From positions 1 to 47,327 of the forward strand of contig JBAXKC010000023.1 of the NCBI GenBank assembly GCA_037137535.1: a stretch of DNA of 47,327 bases, written 5' to 3'. The notes below the pieces were generated by a model. The model had not been told where the DNA came from. It saw only the letters and a program-made list of their open reading frames with translations, and ran no database searches. Of this stretch, positions 19,406 to 30,667 are shown one piece after another. Numbering within the stretch: position 1 is the stretch's first letter; each line of letters begins with the position of its first letter. The stretch is from a bacterium. GTDB lineage: Bacteria; Cyanobacteriota; Vampirovibrionia; Gastranaerophilales; JBAXKC01. The position numbers and the translations under genes are program-made.

Positions 19406-22400
19406 ATGACAAGAAATATAAAGTTAAAGTTGAATAAAAAAGCTGTCACTATTGGTGTAGTGTCGATTTCGTCTATTCTTCTTTTTTACTTTTTTGCCGT
19501 TCCGGCAATAGTCAAGCCTGAAAGCATTAAAAGTGAAGTAGAAAAAGCCTTTAAGCAACAAACCGGTGGAAGAATTTTACTTGAAAATACCGATCTTAAT
19601 ATGGGTTGGGATTTAACCGCCGCTTATAGTGCAAAAAAACTTGAAATATACGCACCTGATCATAAAAAAATTGTATCAGTAAATAATGCTAGTTTAAAAA
19701 TCTTTTTACCCTCATTGCTTTGGAAAAAAGTTTCAATTTTATACATTGAAGGCAATGATTCTGTTTTAAATATTGAACGCTATAAAAATAATAAGTTTAA
19801 TTTTGAAGATTTAATACCTACTGAAAAAACTAATAAGCCACAATTAGTTTTATTTAGTCATACCAGAATCGCAATAAAAAAGTACGATATAAAATTTAAA
19901 GATGATGTTATATCAAAAAATTATGAGTTAAAAGGCCGTAAAATATATGTGGGCGATTATACTTCTAATAAAGAATTAAAAGTATATATTAATGCACAAC
20001 TTATTACACCTGCAAATCATCCCCCTACGACTTTAAACACTAAGTTTCAACTTAAATTCCCTTTGAATCGTAATGATTTCTTTAAAAATAACCTGTTATT
20101 AAAAGGTAGAGTTAGCAATTTTTATCCTGAGGACTTTTCGAATTACTTTAAAACTATACTTGGTGATAGTTATACAGATGTTGGCGGAAGTATATCAGGA
20201 AAATTTAATTTGAATTTTCCATATGAGCCATTAAAGCTGGAAAATTTTAATCTTGATATGAATTTGGATAATTTATATCTTATAAAAAATAAAAAATATA
20301 GGGTAATATATGCTCCTAAAGGCACAATAGTAAAAGCTAAGGGAACTATTAATAAAAAAGATTTGCATATTAAAAAAGCTACTGTAATTTCACCAAAAGT
20401 TAATGGAACAGTAAGTGGTGTAATTGAAAATTATTCAAATCCTGATATTAGAAATATAGACTTGAAGTTAGCTGTGAATAATTCTAGTGCCCATGAAGTA
20501 GCACTTATTTTTCCTAAAGAAGTTAAAATAAAAGGCTCTCCGTTTCATAAAATATTGAAATATAATATCGATGCCATTGTTACAGGAAAAATACACCTTA
20601 AAGGCTATTACAGACAACCTTTAATCGATGGTGAATTTAAAATTAAAAATCTAACTACCATGTTTACTTCGCCTAATGCACCTCAAACAGATGGATTAGT
20701 AACCTTTAAAGGTGAAAATTTATTTATAGATACAAAAGTATATTTGAGTAAAAACAATTATTGCAAAGTTTATGGAAGAGTAAATTCTTTTATAGGAAGA
20801 AACTTAGATTTATCCATCAATGCTAAATCTTCAGATTTAAGCAAAATTCACCATACTTTGTTAGCAATTTCGGATATTATAGTATTTCCGCTGGGGCCAT
20901 TACCGATGATGGAGTTAAAAGGCAGCGGAAGCTCAAAAATGCGTATATATGGTTCATTTGATGAAACTAATATTGATGGTTATGTTGATGTTAAAAACGG
21001 ATATGCAACTTATTCGGAACTTTCAATGCCAGCTGAAAATGTGAACGGACAAATCATATTTAATAAAAATAAAGTTATTTATGATCAGATACGTGGAGAT
21101 GTAAAAGGCAATAAGGTAATACCTTCTGGTTATTCTATTTTAAAAAGCAGCGGTTCATCTCATGTAACTTTAAAGTTGAATGATTTTGACTTAAAAACGG
21201 CGCAAATTCTTATAAATTCAAGTTATTTGCTAAAAGATGTTAAAAAAGCGATTGCAACTGTTGATGATATAGAGGGAAAAGGCAACGCTGTTATTAATCT
21301 TGATGGTAACCAAAAGAATTTGAAGTCTAACGGTTATGTTGACGTTCTTCATTCTTCTTTAATATACAAAGGTATTTCAGATAGGCTTAATAACATCAAA
21401 GGACGAGTTAATTTTACTGAGAATGGTGCTGTTTTTCAGAATGTAACTGGTACTGCCGTTGGCAGTAATGTTTTAATGAATGGAAAGGCTGATAAAAGCA
21501 ATTTAGTTGATTTTGTATTTGAAGCTGATAAAGTAGATTTTGAAAAAGCTGTGAATTTAATTAAAAATAGTCCCATTCTGGTAAAACCAGCTGAAGGTTT
21601 AGTTTCTATAAAAAAACTTAACGGGACGGGTAAAGTTAAAATACATCTTTTTGGAAAAGTTATTAATAATAATCCTGATTCTTTAAAGTCGGTAGTACAA
21701 ATTGATTTGATAAAAGGTTCAATTACAACTGCTGATTTTAGTGCACCTGTAAGTTTTAGTCAGGGACAAATTGTAATAACTGATAAAGGTTTAACTATAA
21801 AAAACGGAAAAATTAATGTTCTTAATTTACCAGGCTCATTGAACGGTGAAATTACAGGAAATGGAGTTAATTCAAAACCTAATCTTTCAGTAGATTTAGG
21901 TGAAGTTGATGTCGTTAAATTTAAAAAAATATCAGAATCTGCTGATTTGCCTAAAGAATTAAAAGACTTAAAGCCAATAGCGGATATGCTTAATAAACCT
22001 GAAGGTAAAGCATATTTGAAAATACGTATTCTCGGTAAAGTTGCCGAATCAACAATTGATTTGAAAGATTTTTCAGCTAAATTAGCTCCTTCGGATGTTA
22101 ATTTAAAAATAAAAAGTGCAAAATTTGTAGCAACTCCAACTAAGACTAATATTCAAGATATGAAGGCTAATATTGCAAAATCTGATTTATTGATAAATGG
22201 TGATATTATTGGAAGTGGTTTAAAACCTGATTTTAATTTAAAAATAAGTGGAAAACTGGATTCTACTGACATAGATGAGTTTATTAATCCGTTATTTCCT
22301 TATCCTGTTGTGTCAAAAGGCTTTATTCCTATTGACGCAAGTGTTAAAAAAACAGGTGATTATTGGAATGTAGTCTCTAATATTACTCTTGATGAAAAAG

Positions 22401-24220
22401 ATCAAGCTTATCTTTTTGCAAATATATATAGCGATGAACCAAAGAAAAGAATTGTAAAAATAAACGCAAATGGAAATTCTAAAATTATTAATATTGAAAA
22501 ACTTCAAGTTGAAAATGATGATGGGTTTTCTCTGTTGTCCGCAAATGGTCAGCTTTTATTATTAGATAATAATAAATTATTCGGATTTAATAATTTTCAT
22601 GTCAAAACCTCAGATAAAACCATTGTTGCTATTAATACCGAAAATAGATATTCTCCCGAGTCCTATTTTGCTAAAGGCTACTTAAATGCAAATATGCTTA
22701 TTAACGGAACAAATCTTACTCCAAATATTCTAGGTGATTTGTATATAAAAGATTTTTTAATTCCTGAAAGAAAAACTAAATTTGATTTTATAGATGTAAA
22801 TTTTGAAGGAAACAATATAAATCTTAAAAATAGCAGTTTGAGTGTAGGTGAATCAAACATTAAAGCAACTGGTGATATTAAAATTAATTCAAATACCCCT
22901 ATTACTTTTGAAAGGCTTAATATAATTTCTCCAATGCTGAATCTTGATGAAATTGCACAAATTTATATAAAAGAAGTTCCAAAAAGTTCTTCTACTTCTA
23001 GTGAAAAGCATAAGGATGAAACAAACACAGAAGAAAATAATTCGTTATTACCGGAAGAAAAAAATAATATACAAACACAAGACAAAAATAAAGAAACACC
23101 GGTAATTAAAGAGAATAATCTTGAACAAGATCCTGCAACACAGGAATCAGGTAATCAGGCAGAAAAACCATGCCCTCCACTTACTTCCGAGAATGTAACA
23201 GAATCAACGAATGAAAACTCTTCTAAAAATGATGAAAATGATACTGCAGATATAAATAATAATGTAGAAACTAATAAAGACTTAAAACCTATAATTAATC
23301 AAAAGAGTACATTAATCAGTAATCTTCCAATAATAATAAAAAACGGCAGTATTAATGCAAAAGAATTGATTTTGAAAGAATTAATCATCAATAATGTAGC
23401 TGCCAGGTTTGCATTGAATGAAGATAAAACTTTAACGGTAGATGATATAAATTATGAAGTTGCAGGCGGATATGGACAAGGCGACGTGTTCATTGACTTA
23501 AACGATAATTCAATGTCTGTATATCTTGATGTAAAACAAGCACAAGCTAACGCAGCAGTTACAACCCTTTTAAATTTACCAAATGAAGTTTATGGAACTT
23601 TAAATGGAAGTGTAAGATTTAGTACAAAAGGCTCAACTCCCGAAGAATTAATGTCGAATGTAGACGGTGTAGCAACTTTTGATATTAATAACGGACGTCT
23701 TGTAAGACTTGGATCTCTTGAATATCTGTTAAGGGCAGGAAATATTCTGCAAAATGGTGTTATTGGCTTTAATGTCAATAATATTATAGACCTTGTTGTT
23801 CCTCAAAAAACAGGTTATTTTGATACTTTAACAGGTTCAATCTATGCTAAAAACGGAATAGTAAAGACTGATGATATTACTTCAAGAGGTAAGACTTTAA
23901 GTCTGTTAATCAGGGGCGATTATGTAATTGCGAGTAACAACGCTGATATAACAATTCTTGGTAAAATGCCAAAACAAATAGCAGGTGTGCTTGGACCTTT
24001 AGGAAGTTTATCAGTAAATACCTTTATTGGCTTTATCCCCGGTATAGGCTTTATTCCAGGTGAAGTGACGAGCGATAACAGCTTTAGAGAAAATGCATCT
24101 GCACTTGCAAAAATACCTGGACTTGGCTTGGAAATTGGCGGTGGGAAAAACAGATACTTTAAAGCAGTTATTAAAGGCGATATTAAAGGATTTACAAAAA
24201 GTTTTGAATGGCTAAATTAA
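19406..24220 (+). CDS. Large AsmA/TamB-like envelope protein
   Basis: 1604 aa; N-terminal TM anchor; repeated beta-strand units (ENVNGQIIF, NNIKGRVNF); AsmA-like C-terminal region; low-complexity insert near aa 1190-1305. Confidence 0.75.
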   Translation: MTRNIKLKLNKKAVTIGVVSISSILLFYFFAVPAIVKPESIKSEVEKAFKQQTGGRILLENTDLNMGWDLTAAYSAKKLEIYAPDHKKIVSVNNASLKIFLPSLLWKKVSILYIEGNDSVLNIERYKNNKFNFEDLIPTEKTNKPQLVLFSHTRIAIKKYDIKFKDDVISKNYELKGRKIYVGDYTSNKELKVYINAQLITPANHPPTTLNTKFQLKFPLNRNDFFKNNLLLKGRVSNFYPEDFSNYFKTILGDSYTDVGGSISGKFNLNFPYEPLKLENFNLDMNLDNLYLIKNKKYRVIYAPKGTIVKAKGTINKKDLHIKKATVISPKVNGTVSGVIENYSNPDIRNIDLKLAVNNSSAHEVALIFPKEVKIKGSPFHKILKYNIDAIVTGKIHLKGYYRQPLIDGEFKIKNLTTMFTSPNAPQTDGLVTFKGENLFIDTKVYLSKNNYCKVYGRVNSFIGRNLDLSINAKSSDLSKIHHTLLAISDIIVFPLGPLPMMELKGSGSSKMRIYGSFDETNIDGYVDVKNGYATYSELSMPAENVNGQIIFNKNKVIYDQIRGDVKGNKVIPSGYSILKSSGSSHVTLKLNDFDLKTAQILINSSYLLKDVKKAIATVDDIEGKGNAVINLDGNQKNLKSNGYVDVLHSSLIYKGISDRLNNIKGRVNFTENGAVFQNVTGTAVGSNVLMNGKADKSNLVDFVFEADKVDFEKAVNLIKNSPILVKPAEGLVSIKKLNGTGKVKIHLFGKVINNNPDSLKSVVQIDLIKGSITTADFSAPVSFSQGQIVITDKGLTIKNGKINVLNLPGSLNGEITGNGVNSKPNLSVDLGEVDVVKFKKISESADLPKELKDLKPIADMLNKPEGKAYLKIRILGKVAESTIDLKDFSAKLAPSDVNLKIKSAKFVATPTKTNIQDMKANIAKSDLLINGDIIGSGLKPDFNLKISGKLDSTDIDEFINPLFPYPVVSKGFIPIDASVKKTGDYWNVVSNITLDEKDQAYLFANIYSDEPKKRIVKINANGNSKIINIEKLQVENDDGFSLLSANGQLLLLDNNKLFGFNNFHVKTSDKTIVAINTENRYSPESYFAKGYLNANMLINGTNLTPNILGDLYIKDFLIPERKTKFDFIDVNFEGNNINLKNSSLSVGESNIKATGDIKINSNTPITFERLNIISPMLNLDEIAQIYIKEVPKSSSTSSEKHKDETNTEENNSLLPEEKNNIQTQDKNKETPVIKENNLEQDPATQESGNQAEKPCPPLTSENVTESTNENSSKNDENDTADINNNVETNKDLKPIINQKSTLISNLPIIIKNGSINAKELILKELIINNVAARFALNEDKTLTVDDINYEVAGGYGQGDVFIDLNDNSMSVYLDVKQAQANAAVTTLLNLPNEVYGTLNGSVRFSTKGSTPEELMSNVDGVATFDINNGRLVRLGSLEYLLRAGNILQNGVIGFNVNNIIDLVVPQKTGYFDTLTGSIYAKNGIVKTDDITSRGKTLSLLIRGDYVIASNNADITILGKMPKQIAGVLGPLGSLSVNTFIGFIPGIGFIPGEVTSDNSFRENASALAKIPGLGLEIGGGKNRYFKAVIKGDIKGFTKSFEWLN

Positions 24221-24319
24221 AAGTTTAGCCCTTTAATATAGTAAAAAGAATAATTACATTTAGATAAAGCAGGAATATAATTGTATTTCCTTACTTTATG
24301 CTGTTCCGGAGTTTTAAAT

Positions 24320-25219
24320 ATGGAAAAAAATGAAGTTCTACATATTTATCTGAATCCGGGGTTTGATAAAAGACATAACGGAGGAATTAACAAACTTAAA
24401 AAAATATTTTCTGATTTGAAATTAAATATAGAGTTTGTTGATTTGAATTTTTTAAAGCAAAATATACCAAATGAAAATTACACTACAAAGTTATTAATTG
24501 TTGGTGGTGATGGTACTTTACATATAGTATTAAATGCTATTCCAGAAAAATTTCTTGAAAAATATATTTTTGGAATATTGCCATGTGGAACAGCTAATGA
24601 ATTTGCCAAGAGCCTTAATATGCCAAAAAATCTATATAACTCATGTAAAATAATTGCTAGTTCTGATAAATTATCTTTTCAACACTTAGGTCTTGTGAAT
24701 AAAAAATATAAATTTGCTACAGGAGTATTATATGGCGCTCCCGTAAATGTACTTTCTACAACTTCGGATAGAGCAAAGTGGTTATTAGGTATAAGGGCAT
24801 TTTATACCGGTTTTTCACGATTCATACTTAATTTTTTGAACAAAAAAGATTTTTTATTGAAAAAGTTTATATTAAATAATAAAAGTTTTTCTACCAATTT
24901 TTTAATAATAAATAATGCAAGTTTATCAACTAAAGACGTAACTTCGTCAGAATTAAATTATGAAGATAAAAACAAATTATCTGTAATATATTTAGATGCT
25001 AATATAAACTTAAAAGATATTTTTAGATTAGCGGCAAAACATGAATTTAAAAAAAATATACTGAAAGATAAATCTATACATTTTAAGTCATATAAAAAAA
25101 TAGATATTAAGTTTAAAAATGAAATCCAATTAACTCTTGATGGAGAATTTTATAAATTAAAATCACCGTTAAAAATAGAATTTTATCCAAAAAATCTTAA
25201 ATTTATCATAAATAATTAA
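24320..25219 (+). CDS. Diacylglycerol/lipid kinase family protein (YegS/DgkB-like)
   Basis: NPG, VGGDGT, ILPCGTANEFA and LDGE motifs; ATG at 24320 with GGAG RBS preferred over TTG at 24281. Confidence 0.85.
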   Translation: MEKNEVLHIYLNPGFDKRHNGGINKLKKIFSDLKLNIEFVDLNFLKQNIPNENYTTKLLIVGGDGTLHIVLNAIPEKFLEKYIFGILPCGTANEFAKSLNMPKNLYNSCKIIASSDKLSFQHLGLVNKKYKFATGVLYGAPVNVLSTTSDRAKWLLGIRAFYTGFSRFILNFLNKKDFLLKKFILNNKSFSTNFLIINNASLSTKDVTSSELNYEDKNKLSVIYLDANINLKDIFRLAAKHEFKKNILKDKSIHFKSYKKIDIKFKNEIQLTLDGEFYKLKSPLKIEFYPKNLKFIINN

Positions 25220-25314
25220 TACAATAATAAATCATATAATAATTTTATAGCTATTTAATACTTTATCCTCTAAAATTTAATGTGAGTCTCTATTTATAAG
25301 TAAAGGAAGTTTAA

Positions 25315-25962
25315 ATGGCGGATAAGAGTGATTATATACTTTGGGGATTAATCATAACGTCTGTTGTCCTTTTTAAATACTCTTTTGAGCATCCAAATGC
25401 AACATTTAGAAATACCTATGAGCCTATAAAAATAACTGAACCAATACAGACTCAATTAAATGCAATAGAACCTATAACAATAAAAGATGGAAATGATTTT
25501 TTTAAAATTACCCCACAGGCAAATTATTCTATATATGCAAAAATAGTAAGTAAAAAAGAGTATGGTTGGGGTTGGGATGGAAAGCTTGTCCCTATGGATT
25601 TAGCTTTAGCCTGGGGAAATTTACTAAATACTAAGAATGATAACCATATTTCTTATTCACAATCGGGAAGGTGGTATTTCTTTGAGTATGATGCTGAATA
25701 TCCTTATGATGTAGAATATGTTTTAAATCACTCGGCTAATAATCATATAATACCTGCTGACTCAAATATAAAAAATGCTTTAAAGTCTGTTGATAGAGGG
25801 CAAATGGTGTTATTAGACGGCTATCTTGTTAATGTAAATGGTCTAGTAAATGGCGATAAGGTTGTCTGGAACTCCAGCTTATCTCGTACAGATAGGGGGA
25901 ATGGGGCATGTGAATTATTTTATGTTAAAAGTGTGAGAATAGGTGATAGGGTTTATAGATAA
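25315..25962 (+). CDS. Hypothetical membrane-anchored protein
   Basis: 215 aa; AAGGA RBS; N-terminal hydrophobic helix; conserved-looking PMDLALAWG, SANNHIIPA and GACE motifs. Confidence 0.75.
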   Translation: MADKSDYILWGLIITSVVLFKYSFEHPNATFRNTYEPIKITEPIQTQLNAIEPITIKDGNDFFKITPQANYSIYAKIVSKKEYGWGWDGKLVPMDLALAWGNLLNTKNDNHISYSQSGRWYFFEYDAEYPYDVEYVLNHSANNHIIPADSNIKNALKSVDRGQMVLLDGYLVNVNGLVNGDKVVWNSSLSRTDRGNGACELFYVKSVRIGDRVYR

Positions 25963-25989
25963 ATATGTTTACCTAAATATTTGATAAAG

Positions 25990-26019
25990 CAAAAAGCAGT
26001 CTGTAAAGACTGCTTTTTG
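25990..26019. terminator. Bidirectional intrinsic terminator
   Basis: CAAAAAGCAGTCT-GTAA-AGACTGCTTTTTG, 13-bp perfect stem between convergent genes. Confidence 0.88.
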
Positions 26020-26042
26020 TAATTTAATTGCTCAGTTAATTA

Positions 26043-27344
<1,302 letters not shown>

Positions 27345-27568
27345 CTATTTATTATTATATGAATTATACCAAAAACTAAAAAAATTATAAAATTAGTAAA
27401 TTAAAATAAATTTTAGTTTTATATAAAATATAACTGCCCTGATTTTTTTTAAAAAAATACCTTATACAGCTTTTGAATGATGACATTATGAGCTGGTAAA
27501 CTACAATCTATATAGGGGGTTACCTGTAATTGTCTTATTCATAAAGATAAGTTTTAAGGATTAATTGG

Positions 27569-28414
27569 TTGATGGATGCTGTAAAGATATTTGGGACAGA
27601 TAAGAAAGAGAAGAAAGCAGGGAAGCTTTCTGACTCTGAAATTGACAAAATTTGGGCTCAATATGTAAAAGATAAAAATGATAAAGAATTAAGAGATAAA
27701 CTTATAGTTCAGTATATTTATCTTATTAAATATGTAGTTGGCAGAATGAGAATTAATCTCCCTGCGACTATTTGTACTGAAGATATTTCAGGATACGGAG
27801 TTGAAGGGCTTATTGACGCAATCGACAGATTTATTCCAAGTAAAGGCGTAAGGTTTGAAACCTATGCAGTTATGAGGGTAAGAGGCGCTATTATTGACAA
27901 AGTAAGAAGTCAGGACTGGGTGCCTAGAGGTGCTAGAACAAGATTTAAAAAAGTTCAGCAAACAATTGCTAAATTACAGGCTACACTTGGAAGAACTCCA
28001 ACAACTACTGAAATTGCAGAAGATCTTGAAACTACAAAAGAAAAGATTGAAGCAATAATGGCAGAAATGCAAAGTAACACTATGGTTTCAATCTATGATA
28101 AAAGGGGCGACAGCAGCTCTTCTGACGGAATTGAAATCATTGATACTATTCAAGATTCAAATTCAAAAGATCCATTGAACGAATTGGAATCTAAAGATGT
28201 AAAGAATCAATTATCTAAAGCATTAGGGCTTCTTCCCGAAAGAGAAAGAATGATCTTGGCTCTTTATTATCATGAAAACATGACCCTGAAAGAAATCGGT
28301 GAAGCTATTTCTATCTCTGAATCAAGGGTTTGCCAGCTTCATGCTCAAGCAATCATGAAGTTAAGAAAAATTTTAAGTTCAGATGATTTAAAATTACAGA
28401 AAGCTAAAAAATAA
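27569..28414 (+). CDS. fliA: FliA/WhiG (sigma-28) family RNA polymerase sigma factor
   Basis: GLIDAIDRF, RVRGAIIDKVRSQDWVPR, LTLKEIG-like MTLKEIG...SESRVCQLH; start is TTG 27569 or ATG 27572. Confidence 0.92.
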   Translation: MMDAVKIFGTDKKEKKAGKLSDSEIDKIWAQYVKDKNDKELRDKLIVQYIYLIKYVVGRMRINLPATICTEDISGYGVEGLIDAIDRFIPSKGVRFETYAVMRVRGAIIDKVRSQDWVPRGARTRFKKVQQTIAKLQATLGRTPTTTEIAEDLETTKEKIEAIMAEMQSNTMVSIYDKRGDSSSSDGIEIIDTIQDSNSKDPLNELESKDVKNQLSKALGLLPERERMILALYYHENMTLKEIGEAISISESRVCQLHAQAIMKLRKILSSDDLKLQKAKK

Positions 28415-28968
28415 TGGCTGATAACGAAATTAAATTAGCATACGGAGCAGCTTTTTCCTCTCAAGGTTTTGGCTATATTGGTGCTGTCCTTGTTTCTGAC
28501 AGTAAAGGTTTTCCTACAGAATTCAGATATACTGATCCAATAGTACCTACAAAAATCCAACAGGTTTTATATGGTAACGGGCTTGAAAAATACATTAAAA
28601 TTGATGTGATTTTAGATAGCTTAATTAAGGCTATGTCTTCTTTTTCAAAAATATTACTTGTTCAAGACGAAGATTTATTAAATTATAAATCTGAAAATGT
28701 TACAGTAATAAGAATATCTGCAACAAAAATACCACCATTGTCACAGGTTGGCGAAGTTTCTAACGTTAAAAGAAATGAATATCTGATTCAGACTTCTAAT
28801 GCGTCAAGTCCTATAAGAGTTCAGTTTGCCGATCATTTTGCATGTGAAGGCGAAAAATTCAATTCTGCAATAGAAACTCTTATCGAAGCAGGCAATTATA
28901 TGAGTGTTGAAGAGCCGTTGGGAAGAGTTTATAAAACTTTAGAATTAATATCAGCACAAGAAATTTAA
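28414..28968 (+). CDS. Conserved-looking hypothetical protein coupled to fliA
   Basis: 184 aa; TAATG overlap with the fliA stop; GYIGAVLVSDSKGFPTEFRYTDPIVPTKIQQVLYG motif. Confidence 0.8.
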   Translation: MADNEIKLAYGAAFSSQGFGYIGAVLVSDSKGFPTEFRYTDPIVPTKIQQVLYGNGLEKYIKIDVILDSLIKAMSSFSKILLVQDEDLLNYKSENVTVIRISATKIPPLSQVGEVSNVKRNEYLIQTSNASSPIRVQFADHFACEGEKFNSAIETLIEAGNYMSVEEPLGRVYKTLELISAQEI

Positions 28969-28981
28969 CCTTTGAGCTTTT

Positions 28982-29845
28982 ATGAAAAAAAAAGTTAAAA
29001 ATTCTTTTTCAAAAGTTAATAAGATATTGAATCAGCCGATTAAAACCTCTGATTTGTATATTTATATGCTTAAAAAGGCAATGCCTTTATCAACAACTGT
29101 AAATAACGAAAATGTTTTAAAGTTTTCATTTGAAATAAAAAATGAAGACTCTATAAAAAAAGAAATTAATATAAAAAAATTAAATCCGAGTTATGTTCTT
29201 ATTAGAAATAAATCAACTGAAATAAAAACTCAAACTAATGAATATAAGCCGTCGGCTAATTTTAAAACACCTCTAATCAGAAGAATTGAACAAGGATTAA
29301 TAAAACTAAAATGGAATTACGTGAATTTTAGTTTTATTACTGCTGTTCGTACTTATAATTTAGAGTTATTTGCTGCAATAAATAATCCCGAATCGGAGAA
29401 TGCTTTTAAAAAAATAAGCTGTAATCTTAAAGAAATAGACAAAAAACACTTTAATTTACATTACAAAGCTAAGATTTTTGAAGAAATATTAGAAATGTCC
29501 CCATATCTAAAAAGTTTATCCGTAAAAAATATATCGACTTTACCCATTATAAAAGAACCTTTAATGAAAAGTTATTTTTCTTTTAGTGATTTTGATAAAT
29601 TCAGAGAAGCTTTATCTTTACAAAATGATACAAGAAAATCAAATGTAGAAGTATCCAAAATATACGATAAACTTTATATTCAGCTATATCAAAATATAAA
29701 GCCTGATGACGAGGGTAAGAATTTATTGTGTTATCCGTCAGAGCCTGTGAATAACAATAAAAAAAGTAAATTATATTACCTTATAACAGGAAAACGTAAA
29801 GATAACGGTGAACCGATAAAAGCATTACTTTTGCAGGAAAATTAA
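28982..29845 (+). CDS. Hypothetical basic protein
   Basis: 287 aa ORF 13 nt downstream of the previous gene; no family recognised. Confidence 0.6.
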   Translation: MKKKVKNSFSKVNKILNQPIKTSDLYIYMLKKAMPLSTTVNNENVLKFSFEIKNEDSIKKEINIKKLNPSYVLIRNKSTEIKTQTNEYKPSANFKTPLIRRIEQGLIKLKWNYVNFSFITAVRTYNLELFAAINNPESENAFKKISCNLKEIDKKHFNLHYKAKIFEEILEMSPYLKSLSVKNISTLPIIKEPLMKSYFSFSDFDKFREALSLQNDTRKSNVEVSKIYDKLYIQLYQNIKPDDEGKNLLCYPSEPVNNNKKSKLYYLITGKRKDNGEPIKALLLQEN

Positions 29846-29853
29846 ATTAATCA

Positions 29854-29897
29854 AAAAAATAAACTCCATCAAATTTAATTGATAGAGCTTATTTTTT
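29854..29897 (-). terminator. Intrinsic terminator for rplY
   Basis: On the minus strand AAAAAATAAGCTCTATCAA-TTAAAT-TTGATGGAGTTTATTTTTT pairs fully with two G-U wobbles. Confidence 0.7.
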
Positions 29898-29912
29898 AAA
29901 GTTATCTGTTAA

Positions 29913-30191
29913 TTATATTCTTTTGAATTCAACACTTAACACAGCATCAGTGGTGAAAACTCTTTGAACGTTTTGAACTGATACAGGTATTGTTTGACCT
30001 TCTAAGTTAATTTCAACACTTTCAGGTTTTTTTCTGATTTCATAATCAAAAGTTTTTGTATCTAATTGAACTGATACTGATTCAACACCTTTTCCATAAA
30101 TGGTTGCAGGAACTTTTCCTGTTTGACGAAGTTGTCTTGGGTTTAAATCTTCACTTCTTTTTTCTGCTTCTAAAGTTAGTACTGTGCTCAT
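29913..30191 (-). CDS. rplY: 50S ribosomal protein L25 (single-domain form)
   Basis: 92 aa; RQLRQTGKVPATIYGKG, VQNVQR, SVEF; AGGAG RBS. Confidence 0.9.
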   Translation of the reverse strand: MSTVLTLEAEKRSEDLNPRQLRQTGKVPATIYGKGVESVSVQLDTKTFDYEIRKKPESVEINLEGQTIPVSVQNVQRVFTTDAVLSVEFKRI

Positions 30192-30667
30192 TTAATTGGA
30201 CTCCTATTATAAAATTAAACGTTTTTGCTTATTAAAATATTTTAGATATATTTTCATATTGTCATATTCTAAAGAGAAATAAGAAACAATATGAGAATAC
30301 TATAAACAAAAAGTTTTTAAATTTCTATACTTTAATTTTTTTTGATTTAAAAATGTAAACATATTTTATTTATTTAGCGGATATTAATCCCTAAAACTTA
30401 ATTATTGTTATGTATAATATATCCTTAATATCTATAAAAGCGCCTGTAATAGATAATTCAAGATCAAAAAAGCTCAAAAGTGTCATTATGAATAATTAAA
30501 TTACCCAACCGGATAATAATATTAAAAAAAATTTTCAGTTATATTTTCAATAATAAATATCATTTTATTTTTTTAATTGTAAAATGAGTTATGCTTTGTA
30601 GTATTAGCTATAACTTTAGCCTTTGTCAAAGAGTAGAATATAATATAGTTTTGGGGAAATATATCAG

